This document shows positions 41,738 to 55,902 of a stretch of 64,000 nt of DNA, piece after piece. The stretch covers positions 149,048,001 to 149,112,000 of the forward strand of contig OX597814.1 in the NCBI GenBank assembly GCA_951406725.2, written 5' to 3'. The number at the start of each line of letters is the position of its first letter. Positions within the stretch are counted from its first letter, which is position 1. Source of the stretch: Octopus vulgaris (lineage: Eukaryota). A model generated the notes under the pieces. The model was not told the origin of the DNA, did not search any database, and saw only the letters and a list, made by a program, of their open reading frames with translations. The position numbers were made by a program, and so were the translations under genes.

Positions 41738-42238
41738 TATCGTGAATTATATTTGCCATCTAAATGTGTCTGATGATATTCTAGTTCATAGCCCCAGGAA
41801 GACATCTTCTCCAGCTAGCTAAAGATACACTGTCTGTGCCCGACCAGTATTTGCGAAGAGAGATCTTCGTTCCCATCTCTAGCCTGACGGCCGCCACTGT
41901 TTGCATTTCGCTCAGAGATTTATTATTGCCTGTTTCTCCGTTTTCGAGATTAGCGACATTTTGTCACTGGAAGAAACATATGTTTCGTCCGAAATCACTT
42001 TTTAACCCTAGCTGGTGATTATCGCACGCTGACGACGGGTTACCACTCATAAACCCGGGTCTGTGTGTATCACGTCAGGCTAGAGATGGAAACGAAGATT
42101 TCCCTTCGCAAATACTGATCGGGCACAGACAGTGTGTCGTTATCCATCTGGAGGGGGTGTCTTCCAGGGGTTATAAACTACAGTAGCACCGTCCCCTATG
42201 GGTCAGACACATTTAGGTGGCAAATATACTTCAGGATA
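41738..42238. mobile_element. MITE-like element (~500 bp) with ~150-165 bp TIRs and TA at both ends
   Basis: tatcgtgaattatatttgccatctaaatgtgtctga...acactgtctgtgcccgaccagtatttgcgaag...catctctagcctgacg is mirrored at 42073-42238; TIR related to 7482-7679. Confidence 0.88.
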
Positions 42239-42964
42239 TATATATATATATATACCTCAAATACTCGAGTAATAACCGTTCTCTTGTAAAAGTCGACCCT
42301 AGTATTTCACGAACAGCAGGACAACATGTGTGGATCAAGGTATCGTATTATCAGGTACGTAGAAATAACTTTGTTACAAAATTGTGAGGCTACCTGCTCT
42401 ACAGGTGGCATGCTTGGTGCTTGTAATGGAATGCTCGATGCTTATAGTAAAACTCCATTTAATAGCAAGCACTAAACATCTGTTGATAGCTGTTACATCA
42501 CCATTACTAGAATGTATGCACATGATATGCTGCAAGCTTGCATACATCTATAAGCACAATATACACATGCGTCATACACTCGTTATTTACATGGTAAAAA
42601 ATGTGTTTCACAGGCAGCACTATTGGCGAACACTAGCAAACGCCACTGTGAATTCGTACACAGTCATGACTTTGGTAAGCCAAAAACCATTCAATCAATC
42701 GCTAGATTAATGTTTCCCATGCGACCTTTATATTTTAGTAGGACGTGTGTTTTGATGCATAGAATTGGCAATATTAGAGTAATTCATTGTGTTTTTCTTT
42801 TTATTCGCTTAGAGATCAGTTGAGTTTCTGCTGCTGATACGGCACATCGGATTCTAGCTTGAATTTCAGCCCCTCAAAAGTAGTATCCGTGTAATAGTCG
42901 ACCCCATGAGTTTGACACTAAGAAAGAGCCTAAAAAATTCGACTTTTACAGGAAATATATACGG

Positions 42965-42965
<1 letters not shown>

Positions 42966-43058
<93 letters not shown>

Positions 43059-43100
43059 GTATGTGGTGTGTGTGTGTTGTATGTGGTGTGCGTGTGTCTT
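42966..43100. repeat. (TA)n-(TG)n microsatellite
   Basis: Direct reading. Confidence 0.95.
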
Positions 43101-44096
43101 TGTCTAGAAGTGTTAATATGAATACGTGTGTACCTATGGACCTATGCTATTTAATTTGGATGGAACGAAGCAAAAAAGTTGACAGTTTTACAGCTTTCTG
43201 CTGCTCTGAGGTTTGTTTTGTTTTTTCTCATTTAACTGACAAGATACCTGCTTGTCTTTAATGACCTTGATATCAAGTCATGGCTACAGTATATCTGTAA
43301 TACTTGTACGCTACGAACGCCAATATTAACCAATATAAACTAATGGATGAGTGATTTGAATTAAAACAGTTCTTTTGTCTCTTTGCTTCTCGCATGCCCG
43401 TTAAAGCCGCTCCTTTTAATTTGCATATAAATTCTAATTATAGTTTTCAAAATACCAATTATCCCACAATGTTTGTCGGATTTCTCACGACCGATGTATA
43501 CTCTCACCACTTTGATATCTTAACGGTTTAAAATTTTACTTGAAGATGATGGATTTTACATTAATGAATTGTAGGTAGTGGTATTTCGTTATGCAAAAAT
43601 AATATACTATAAAATATATTACATGTTTTTATAAATCAATACCACTTTCTACTGTGTTAGCAGTGCTTTTCACACTGTTTAGTTAAGGTTATTTCAACAG
43701 AAGTACTATAGAATTTACAGGTAACACTGATTTTTGCTACAACGTTTCGTATTAAGACGTCAGATGTAAACAAACAATGAGATCGAGGACAAAAATGGGT
43801 AATGAGTGTATATGCCATATTTCAGTGGGGTTGGCGCTTTCATCAGCACCTATCTAACACATTCTCGCCTCCGGACACATTGCTTAGATAGCCACTACAT
43901 ACAACGGTGTTACGTTATAGGATGTACGCATTCCTGGAGCTGGTAGGTAAAGTCTAATGTAACAAAGTATTTCTATATAATATCTGTAAATCTAACATTA
44001 ACAAAACAACGGTGTTTGTAATGATATTATGTAGTCTATGTATACATCATTAGAATTCTATTGTATCACCATTCTTCAGTTTTAAACACCTTTTGT

Positions 44097-44213
<117 letters not shown>

Positions 44214-44383
44214 GCATATACATATATACATATATAAATATATACAAATCGGAGGTGCAATCTATGTGGGTATCGTTTCAGAGCATTGGTTTAAAAAGCC
44301 ACATCAGATGCCACGATGCTGCTAAGGTGTGGGTACAGGAGGTGGTCAAATAATTAAAACTCACACACACACATATAGACAGT

Positions 44384-44504
<121 letters not shown>

Positions 44505-44673
44505 CTTCCCCTCCTGGATAGGACACCGGTTCATAGTCAGCCTTGCAAGCTGAGTGCACTGGACAAATGTGAAATGAAGAGTTTTACTCGCTCCAGGATT
44601 CAAACCACGATATTACGATCATTTGCACAACACTTTTTCCACAACACCCTAACCACTAAGCCACGGGCCTCCG
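44505..44673 (-). mobile_element. tRNA-derived SINE family C, degenerate
   Basis: Reverse complement reads ggaggcccgtggcttagtggttagggtgttg (A-box) ... ggtttgaatcc (B-box) ... ccagtgcactcagct. Confidence 0.75.
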
Positions 44674-44733
44674 CATCACACATAGACACACACACACACA
44701 CACGAACACTCAAATAAATATGCATAGGTATGA

Positions 44734-44874
<141 letters not shown>

Positions 44875-45429
44875 CATACACATACATACATGTATAGTAT
44901 GTGAGAAGGTTTCTCTACATGTGTGTGTGGATTTCTCGGCGTCAGAAAATACGTGTATGATGTACTTAGATGCATATGGCTGTTTATATTTTCCTCTATG
45001 ATTTAATTAACATTGTATGCTCTCACTCCGTTTGAGATAACAATTAATGACTTTATATTGTTATGGTTAGCGTAAATGTCCGTCTATAACTATAATCAGT
45101 GTCAGTTCATTCTTTGATAATATTTCCTCTAACAGTTTTTCTCATTTTCACTGTTTTTCCCCATTCTTCTCATTTTTATTCTCTATATGTTCTCTGTCTG
45201 TCTCCCCGTCTTTCTGGAAATTCTTGTCTTGTTACCTAACTCAGTAACAGATGTTACTCCAGCAATCTCTATAACAAGAAACTACATGACTTTTAAGATA
45301 GCTGTAGAAGACCCGACTGTTTCTTCCACTTAATTGGTTTTGCAAATATCAACAGAGTATTAAGTTAGGAAGTCTTTAATTGTGGCAGCAGTCTTTCGTC
45401 ACCTTCTTGTGCGACGTCAGTACTATCGC

Positions 45430-45506
<77 letters not shown>

Positions 45507-46349
45507 TATAAACAGAGACGGAAAGGAAGTGAAGGAGAGAGGGAAAACTAGACAGGTCCATACTTGCAAATAAATACATATATACATATATACGTACATA
45601 CATATATATGTGTGTCTGTGTATACGTGCGTGGGTTATGTATAACTCTGCTGGTAGCTTATAATCGACCATCAAGAAATATCTATAGAACTTTACTCTTA
45701 ATTCACCACTAAGAACTGTAATTGTTTTCATACATTTCCATTGAGTACTCTGACAGTACCCGATCTCGGCGGAGATAGATACATCTAATAGAAAAGATTA
45801 TATCAATGTTTTAACGCTATACTTTTCGCTGCCAATATTCCTTTTTGTAGAAGGCGTGGAGGAGAATAACACGTTTCTATCTTTCTATTCTTTTCCATGC
45901 CTAATCTAAAACAAGCAACGCCAACAATACTTTTTTATACTTTCAAATACATTTTGTATTAAACAAAGTCTTCAGTAAGATGGCACTTCATATTTTGCTC
46001 ACGCCTGTTTTTTTTTTTTTATTATTTTGGAAAACAGGCCTAATCTTATGTATAGGCTATGGTTCTTAAATATGCGCTAAGCATTATATTTCAGTCTCTG
46101 GACTTTCTATGATATGAAACTTAAATATTTACTAACTACTTCTTTTTCATTATCATGGTTTGATTACTTCAAACTAGAATACAAATTATGTAAATAGTTT
46201 ACACACTTTACTGTAGAATTATTAATTCATCTAGAACAAAAGCAAAACACGTCAAAGTTCCTGAAAATGCTGTCCAAAGTGTTTCTTCCAGAATATTGGA
46301 TGAAGATCTTGTCTTGAATATTACTTCATGCAAATATTCAACTTATGGA

Positions 46350-46840
46350 TTTTATATATATATATATATATATATGCATGTATATATGTATACATGTATC
46401 TATCAATGCGTATGTGTGCGCGTGCGTATGTATGTACGCATGTATGTGTCTAATTATGCAGTTGTATAATTATATATGGTTATATGTATAAATATATATG
46501 TCCTATATATATACATGTATATATATATATGTATGTATTTAAATATATATTCATATATATACATATATATGTGTGTGTGTATGCATATATACATATATAT
46601 ATATGCATATATATGTGTGTGTGTATATATACATATATACATATATATATATACATATATATATATTCATGCATATGTATATGTGTATGTATATATACAT
46701 GTGTGCGTGTATGCATACATACATATATATATACACACATGTATATATATATGTATGTATATATGTATGTGTGTATGTATGTATGTATGTATGTAAGTAT
46801 TCACACATATTTATATATCCATGTATGTGAATATGTGTGC
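46350..46840. repeat. Extended degenerate (TA/TG/CA) low-complexity tract
   Basis: Direct reading. Confidence 0.9.
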
Positions 46841-47344
46841 ATCCTATTTTTAGTTTAGTCATACTGTGCGTATCCTGTTTATATAAGGTATTGCCATTTA
46901 CCACATAAAGTAATCCAAGTACAGTATGCTTTAACTCATACACTGTATCGTTCTTGTATAATATTTCGTTGTTTCCATATCGTCATGCTTTTATGGCTGC
47001 CAATATGAAGGAAAATATGCAAATCTTGTGCAACATAGCCGAAGTTCTCATGTGTAAACGAGTTAGTAAGTCAAGTGGAATTGAATATATGATTTATGAT
47101 TTTTAGCATGTCTCCTTTACCTAATATTTTTTCCCCTTAACTTTTACAACTAGACATTATTCGCACGAGATTTTAGAATATATGTGAAATTCTATTCGTA
47201 TTAACGAATTTATATTCGTTAAGATGAATTCGTCAGTAATTGTTGCTGTTATAATTTTCTAACAGGTCAGCTATGAATAAGCAAAGCAATGATCTCAGAT
47301 ATGTCCCAGATTCGAGACCATGCCGCAGTCATTAGTGCCTACGA

Positions 47345-47378
<34 letters not shown>

Positions 47379-48503
47379 TAGGAAGAAAGACTTATATATA
47401 TATATGTATATATTGAAAGTAACTTTTTTACGTTTGAAAAGGTGGTGTTTCAAGGTAGAGACATTGGTTGTCCTCTTAAGATTCTCTTGCTCATTCATGT
47501 ACACATTTTGTCATAGTTTAATAAATTTTACATTATTTTCGACTTGTTTTTCTTTAACAATTGATGCGACTTTCAGACCAACAATACCATGGTACCATAT
47601 ATTCCACAATTATTTCGAAATTCATAAAAATACTGTAAATTCATACAAAAGCATAAAACAAATAATTTCATTTGAAATTACCCATCTATTTTAATTGAAA
47701 TTATTTCAAGCTTACGCGTATTACATGTCTTTTCTTTCTTTTTTTTTTTTTAGAGCATTCGGTTTTCGAAATAAAGGAAAATTTGAGATGATATAAATTC
47801 CACAGTAAACACGGTACAATCTGAGTAGAAAGCATTTTTAAAGACTGAGTACCTTCTTTGTTATACACTTGACTGCTTTTGAGAGAGCTGCGTTTTTATC
47901 TTTATGTCAAGAAATAACTTTAATTGTCGACTGTCTGTAAACCTCTGCAGCCGTACCAATGTGCTGGTAGTGCTGTACTACATTTTAATACACAGTAATA
48001 TATTCTTGTATTTATATAAGAGAAAAGTACATATGATCAGACTAAAACCACAGTCTCAGAGACAAACTGCAGCAATTACTATACTAAACTAGATTATGTT
48101 CTTGGCTTTGTCCCGTAGTTATAGCATTACCAACGAAAACTGTATTGGAATAATAGTATAGATATGTTTTAAGACTAAACAATATTACATTACATTGTAT
48201 GCCTCTTTGCATTCAATACTTTTTCTAAGAGTATTTATATAAATATAACAACGGTTCAATGTTTTCAGTTTTATAAAATTTACTTCAAAGAAACGTCTTA
48301 TAACTACAATTCCAGGCACAGTATATCTGTGATTTTCACGAATAGTATGCTTTCACTGGTTTTATTGATTATACTGCTGTCATACCGAGACACTGCTTCG
48401 AAAGGTTTAGTCGATTGCTCATATTTGGTATTTATTCAATTATGTCCTTTTGGCTGAACCCCAGACACGACAACAAATATGATCTCACACACAAACATTT
48501 ATT

Positions 48504-48534
<31 letters not shown>

Positions 48535-51500
48535 ACACACACATACACACACGCACCACTCACAATCGAACACACACAGACACACACATTCACACAAATG
48601 TGCGGACACAGGACTGTGGTAGGAGACCCTTCCCCAACAGTCCGCGTTTTGAGACAACCTGAAGTCAAGTGGTTTGCGAAGCGAACCTCCTAACCATGCA
48701 ACGATACCTCACCCTATAATGACAAAGGAAATACTGCAGAGAACAGCTAAAAATTAACAGGAGTGAATTTTGTGGTGAGGAAATAGCAATATTAGTTGCT
48801 TAATACTGTTTTAGTTCTTTCGGCAAGTATGCGGTCAATCTCATGATACATTTAATATCTGTGTTACCACTCGACTCTACATAGCGAAATAGTAAGGGAA
48901 ATATCGGTAAATGTACAATATTTACATGTAAACGTGAAAGACCAGAATTGTTGAGTGAGTTAATTACACAGGGACACTAAACCTTGCCTCGCATATTTCC
49001 CCAAATAATCCAAATACTATTTCTTTTTCTTTTTTTATCTCACAGAAAGTTTGTTTCATATAGCTTTTATTTTCATAGCACCCCGTTAAAAATGTTTACT
49101 ATTATATAACTATTGTTTATCTTGCAGGTGATTTCTCCATGCTATGTTCATGACACTTTGAGCTGAAGAAAGGAAGGATAAAGTTCACTAAACCTGTAAA
49201 AGAACAAAGAATACGAAGCTATCTCTAGAAATGTCGCGTACTCTGTGAAACGTCTCCGGAAATACAATGTCAAGTGCCTTCAATATTTTTATCTGATAAC
49301 ATCCAGTTATGACATTTAAGTCTCTTCTTTCATCGTATAAAAGGAATACATATGATTCCTTTGAACCTGATCGTCATTTGCATTAATAACCGTATATGAC
49401 ATTGCACACTTAATACTTTTTCTCAAACTGATAACAATAATGATATATTTCGAGTGCTGTTTTGTATTTAATTTTTCATGTTTTTCGTGTTATGAATTTT
49501 TGCTTTAATCCTCACAATAATTATCAGCAATTATCTGATATGAAATAATATCTGAGAAATTAAATACCGTTTAATTACCAGTAATCATCAATAGCATTTA
49601 GCCAACAATAGATTATATTATAGCTACCATATATCAAATCGAAAATAAATTCTGTTAATTTATAGAATTTATTTCTTTATTTACATTCATTTTGTGGAGA
49701 GTCTGAAAAGTTTCTTCTAACTAAAGCTATGTTGAATAAATTCCGAATGTGCATACATTTCATGCAGATGCAACCAGTACTGCTTTTAAGAAGCGCATGA
49801 GTATCACACTCGCTTTTTCGTATTGGAAACAGTTGGCGGCAGAAGGAATGAAATTCATATGTATTTTCCATCTACTTCGATTGAAGCTCAATAGCAACTA
49901 TTTTCATTTACTTGGATAATAAAAGGATTTCAGGTAAGACACAAGTCGAAATTAAATTCTAAATAGCACCTACCCACTATAAAATATTACTAGATGCAAG
50001 AAAGTAATGGACTTTGAAGATTACGTATTTGAAAAACTGAAGAGAACCTCACGTGGTTCCACAACCTACTGGGAGCCGGCACTTAAATCTCCATCAAATC
50101 ACATATCATTCCATTTGTTTTTAAATGTTGTGCCGATGTATAACATTGTACTGCGAAATTTTCGACTTTAAGGAACCCATTACCAAGCTTCAACACGCTG
50201 AAAAGCGTTTTATTCATCAATATGTTATCCATCAGTATGATTAATAAAATTTCGGTCGCATTTTTTACTATATCTTCTGAATTTTCAAAATTAAATCGTA
50301 ATTATTTCGTAAGTTCCACGTGGAAGATGGACGTTTTTCTTTTATATTATTCATCTCCAGAGACTTACAAAATGAAAACGAAACATTTTAGAACCGCTTA
50401 ACACACTGTAATTCAAGACACGATTGAAAAGAAAGAATGGTTTCGGCTGGAATGTTTTGATCATAGTTTAATAATATTTAGCCTGTGTTGAGAAATAATG
50501 TGGTAAAAATAGTCAATTCCTGAGCTGAATGCCTTACATTAACCAATTTTAATTTTCTATGTGGAAAGTTGGATACACACCGTTGTTTTCTTTGATACTG
50601 TTTGATTGTATCAAATCAGTTGTTAGTCTCAAGATAATATGATTTAGTAATATATATATCATGAGTTCGCTAATTGTTTTAGTAACCAATGTAGTTGAGA
50701 GCAGATATAGACACTCTCTCGAAACTTCGAACCATGATTCATTGGAATATATAGAGAGTGATATCTGGCACGAGTGAAGATTTCACCGGATGGACTTATT
50801 CATTTATTCAGCTTAAAGTTAGTAACGTGTAGTAATGTGAAATAAAGGGGCTTTGCTGAGACATCACGCCACCTTATTTCGAAATCAAATTTACGGTCAT
50901 ATCCCCTAGAGGGTAAAATTACTACTTGGCCATACCGTCCTTCGCACAAGAGAAGGTGTATAATCACAAATCAAACCCATACCCGCTAGATAGTATTGTC
51001 TTGCAATTAAACACAAGACGCTGATAACATTTTGATATTTCCTAGATCAATTTAAACTTAGGCGTAAACAGCAACCACAACAACAATGTCTATAGTTCAC
51101 TTGTTCTCCACAAACGTTAAACTCCACCTCTTCCCCAAGGCAACTGATGTATTCAACATTGTGAATTTGTATTTACTGTTTGCCGACATATAACATCAAT
51201 AGTTTCCAAAGAGTTCTACTGTTTCACTTCATAATTAGCATATTTTATTTTCTCTTTTATATCTTTTATATCTTCCAACATATTTACATTCACTAGTATT
51301 CCTACATAGATTAATTTCCATCGATGTTCCTTATAATTTAATGTTACTTAAACAAGCGAGGCAATATTCATAAAAGCTAACTTGTCGATTTGATTATTCA
51401 ACTGAATACACTTAAAAGAAATTAACTTTAACTTATCAAAAAGAAAATTGTTAAATTCATATATTAGATGAGATATTTCCATATCAGTTGTTTGTGCATA

Positions 51501-52002
51501 TATCTCCTTTATACTTTGTGAAGTGCGTATGTCTGTGCGAGGAATTATATGAAACTGAGTGTGTGAATGTATCGCTTATTTTCATCTACTTTTTGAATAT
51601 ACAGGTTGCTGTGTTTTCTAGATAGCACACTGAGCGAGCTATCTGCATAAAGCGATTGATTTTCACTGGCTGACCTCGTTTGTTCATTTGCGAAAGAACT
51701 AATGGATATTATGTGGTTGATAAAACCAAACATTTTGGAATAGATTCCCTCCGGAAAAATATTCGATCGCCATTAACACTACGCCATATATTTTACTACG
51801 CAAATAATGTAAATTTCTTTTATTATACTCATGCAACAGTGAAGTTTGTTTTCGATAAACAAAACTCTTTGTCACCATTACAGACTTATTATATCCACTA
51901 AATGTCGAAAAGATAGCATTAATAAAATGACTACTATTAAATTAAAACCCCAAAAACATTATGGATGAGTGTATGTACATATATATGTACACATAAATGC
52001 AT

Positions 52003-52044
<42 letters not shown>

Positions 52045-52051
52045 TGTATGT

Positions 52052-52127
<76 letters not shown>

Positions 52128-52425
52128 ATGTATAATATATATTTATGCATATGCATATGTATATACTCGTCTATGAGTATGAGTGAGTCAGAAAAAAAAA
52201 CAGTCACTTGCATATCTGTTCCTTTTTTTCTCTTTTCCTGATTTGTCACTGAACTGAAGCCACTCCTGTTGCACCACCTTGAGGGATACATTCGAACAAA
52301 TCGGCGGCATCAGTTAGTTGTTTTTAATTCTCTTACTATTTGCTCGTTACCAACACCAGTAGTCAAACGATGAGTATACAAATGCAAACACGACAAAACC
52401 GTACATAGATAAATATATATCTATA

Positions 52426-53651
52426 CATGGTGCGCTGGGTAAATTGTCACCATTTTATATTTCCAATTTCGCGCATACACATTGTTGGTTTTTGATTTCG
52501 TCGGCGACACAATATAGTTGGTTTAGTTAGGCACCGTCTGTGAGAAAAACAGCACTATGACACAATTCACTCTGCCAGAAATTTGGCATAGACATTCTGT
52601 ACTGCTTGGTATTCACGCCGGAAGCTCCAATACGAACATTTCGGAGTGTTTGGGTGTCAATCTGAGGATAGTTCAGAGGATTCAGAAAGACTTGGATGAG
52701 TCTAATGGTGGTTACAGAAGTACTGCAGCTCGAAAAACACACCCTGATCGTTCTGAGAAGAAAAGAATTTGTTGGTAAGATCCAGGCCATGATTCACAAT
52801 GATGCCTCCAAGTCAATCAGGGTCCATCATCAGGGATTTGGGAGTGTCTGAGTTTCTTATCAGGGCAAGTAGTGCATGAAGACATTTGGTATTCCTCATA
52901 CAAGGTGAGGCCAATTTTTATCCCAGCCATCAAGTAGCAAGAGGTAAAACCGGGCTACGAAGCTTTTGAACAAATTCAACTATCTCCTCCAATCGAACAT
53001 GCTTTGTTTTTTCACAGACAAGAAAACTTTCTGCTGTGTCTCCAAAACATTACCAAGAGTGATAGAAATCGAGCATCCAGTCAATATCATGGTGTTTGGA
53101 GTGATGGTGATTTTATGCCTCCATTCATCTTCCCGCACGGCTTCAGACTCAACACGAAGACCTACATCAGGTGCCTGGAGGAGGTAGTGCTGCCCTGAGT
53201 CACGAGGGTGGCTGCTGGACGAGCCTATGTTTCGCAACAGGACTCTGTATCATGCCACAGGAGAAACCAGTTGTGGCTGTCAGACAATTTCTGTGACTAC
53301 AACAGCCCTAACATTTGGCCAGCTAACTTCCCAGACGGCAGCCACCTTGATTATTATGTGTGGTGCGCAGTTGAACGAGAAACTAGTAAAACTCCTTGAA
53401 ACACCAAAGATGAACGGAAGGCAAGGATTATAACAGCAATCACAAACTTAAAACAAGAAGACCGCTCAGGAGAGTTGCAGGAGATTCTGAAGTTGTCTGG
53501 AGCCCGTGGTTGAAACCATTGGCGATTATATCGAATAAATTTACTCTTTAGTATTTCAAGATACTTTTATGTAATTTTGGTAAATAAATCCGTTAAAATT
53601 ACTGTTATTTTCATTTTTGCGTAATTTAGAGGACAATTTATTCACCGCACC

Positions 53652-53654
<3 letters not shown>
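52426..53654 (+). mobile_element. Tc1/mariner superfamily transposon (maT/DD37D-like), near full length but inactivated
   Basis: Imperfect TIRs catggtgcgctgggtaaattgtcacc versus tagggtgcggtgaataaattgtcctc (19/26 by hand), TA flanks. Fragmented ORFs: HTH (ISECLGVNLRIVQRI), FFTDKKTF, IMVFGV, QQDS...WPANFPDGSHLDYYVW (35 residues between 2nd and 3rd D in this copy). Confidence 0.88.
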
Positions 53655-53685
<31 letters not shown>

Positions 53686-53707
53686 ATGTATATATATATA
53701 TATATAT

Positions 53708-53746
<39 letters not shown>

Positions 53747-53804
53747 TATAGATATATATGTATACATATACATACATATCATATATATATACGTATGTAT
53801 ACAT

Positions 53805-53899
<95 letters not shown>

Positions 53900-53904
53900 C
53901 ATAC

Positions 53905-53939
<35 letters not shown>

Positions 53940-54056
53940 CATATATATATATATGTATATATATAGTATACATACATATATATATATATATGATATGTAT
54001 ATGTATACATATATATCTATCTATCTATCTATCTATATATATATATATATATACAT

Positions 54057-54093
<37 letters not shown>

Positions 54094-54156
54094 GGGTGCG
54101 GTGAATAAATTGTCCTCTAAATTACGCAAAAATGAAAATAACAGTAATTTTAACGG

Positions 54157-54162
<6 letters not shown>
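53584..54162. repeat. Inverted duplication (palindrome) of the transposon right end plus adjacent microsatellites
   Basis: 53584-53654 is reverse-complemented at ~54092-54162; intervening (TG)/(GATA) blocks are mirrored as (TATC)/(CA). Confidence 0.92.
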
Positions 54163-54194
<32 letters not shown>

Positions 54195-54196
<2 letters not shown>

Positions 54197-55706
54197 CAAA
54201 AAACCTTCTGTCCCAGTCTGTTGTCCCAGTTTTCAAAAGGGGAAACAAGTCCCTTGCAGTGAACTACCGTCCGATCTCACTCACCTCTCATATCATCAAG
54301 GTATTTGAGAGGGTGGTGAGATCTCGAATAACAATTTCTGGAAAGCAACAGACGGCTGATCTCTAACCAACATGGGTTCCGTAATGGAAGGGACTGCCTA
54401 ACGCAGCTCCTGCATCACTTTGATGACATTTTGAGAGCTTTGGGAGAGGGCTCCAACACCGATGTCATCTACCTTGATTTCAGTAAGGCCTTCGACAGGG
54501 TCGATCACAAGATCCTATTGAAAAAACTATCCAACATTGGTGTCTCTGGAAGGTTACTGAAATGGATCAAGTGTTTCCTGACAGACAGATCTCAACATGT
54601 TGTAGTTGAAGGGGTAAAATCAAGCCCAGCCAAAGTCAGTAGTGGCGTTCCGCAAGGCACTGCGCTGGGCCCACTTCTTTTCATCATCTACATTAATGAC
54701 ATTAATGACATCATCAAGTACAGCAACATAAAAATCTTTGCAGATGATTCCAAGCTACAGAAAGTCATAAATGAGGCGAGAGACCGGACATGCCTTCAGT
54801 CAGATCTACTGGCTGTTATCCAATGGGCAGAAAAAAACAATATGCTGCTGAACGAGGATAAATTTGAGTTAATCCACTTTGGAAAAGAGGATGCCCTGAA
54901 ACTCCCATACTCCCTTCCTTCAGGTGAAACTCTCGCGGCGTCCAACAACATCAGAGACTTGGGAGTAATCGTGGACAACAACATAAGCTGGGCCACTCAT
55001 ATAAACACCAAAGTTGACATGGCCCGTAGAATGTGTTCCTGGATTCTCAGAACTTTCCAGTCGAGAGATATCCACACCATTATCCTTCTCTTCTCCACTT
55101 TTTCCCAACCCCACCTTGAATACTGTTGTCCACTGTGGTCTCCCCACACAATACAAAGTATCATAAAAGTTGAAGCACCTCAAAGGGCAATCACAAAAAA
55201 GATAGATGGCATGACAGGCCTCGACTATTGGGGTCGACTAGAAAAGCTAAAACTTTATTCTCTCCAACGTCGTCGTGAGCGCTACATCATCTGCATGATG
55301 TGGAAAATATTCCATCAGCATTGCCCAAATGATGTTGGCATCACCTTTAAGGTACATCCAAGGCTTGGGCCCCGTGCCATCCGCCCAAAACAAAAATCGC
55401 ACTCTCATCTCATAACAACAATACGGCACAATTATTTCACCTCAATTGGCCCCGCTCTCTTTAACATTACACCAAAAAACATTAAAACAGAAACTGACCC
55501 TATAGGGTTCAAGAAGTCTTTGGACAGATTCCTTCAAGAAATCCCGGATAAACCCCCTACACCCGGATATGTCTCTGTAAACAATAACTCTCTACTTGAG
55601 TGGGCCATAGTGCCCAAATTCTGACTTGAAAGACTTCACCAGGTGGTGCTATTAAGTTAGACATGGCCTGGGCCAATAATGGCCGAAACCTATCAAAGTA
55701 TCAAAG
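54195..55706 (+). mobile_element. Young 5'-truncated CR1/L2-group LINE
   Basis: VVPVFKRGNK...NYRPISLTS upstream of a frameshift near 54335, then QHGFR...CLTQL. Short 3' UTR with GGCC-aataat-GGCC hairpin and (TATCAAAG)x2 terminal repeat. Sits between (AT)n tracts. Confidence 0.93.
54431..55624 (+). CDS. Non-LTR reverse transcriptase, partial ORF2 (no endonuclease domain)
   Basis: YLDFSKAFDRVDH, SGVPQGTALGPLLFIIYIND, IFADD, RDLGV, LEYC.PLW.P, RL..L.LYSLQRRRER; frame is open back to ~54335. Confidence 0.93.
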   Translation: MRALGEGSNTDVIYLDFSKAFDRVDHKILLKKLSNIGVSGRLLKWIKCFLTDRSQHVVVEGVKSSPAKVSSGVPQGTALGPLLFIIYINDINDIIKYSNIKIFADDSKLQKVINEARDRTCLQSDLLAVIQWAEKNNMLLNEDKFELIHFGKEDALKLPYSLPSGETLAASNNIRDLGVIVDNNISWATHINTKVDMARRMCSWILRTFQSRDIHTIILLFSTFSQPHLEYCCPLWSPHTIQSIIKVEAPQRAITKKIDGMTGLDYWGRLEKLKLYSLQRRRERYIICMMWKIFHQHCPNDVGITFKVHPRLGPRAIRPKQKSHSHLITTIRHNYFTSIGPALFNITPKNIKTETDPIGFKKSLDRFLQEIPDKPPTPGYVSVNNNSLLEWAIVPKF

Positions 55707-55740
55707 TATATATATATATATATATGTATAAATATATATA

Positions 55741-55805
<65 letters not shown>

Positions 55806-55856
55806 ATATATATATACATATGTGTGTGTGTATATGTATATATATATGTATGTATG

Positions 55857-55900
<44 letters not shown>
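55707..55900. repeat. (TA)n/(GTAT)n low-complexity tract
   Basis: Direct reading. Confidence 0.9.

Positions 55901-55902
<2 letters not shown>

Noticed and set aside
49677-49871. Short minus-strand ORF faintly like a mariner N-terminus
   Set aside because: No catalytic motifs or TIRs found
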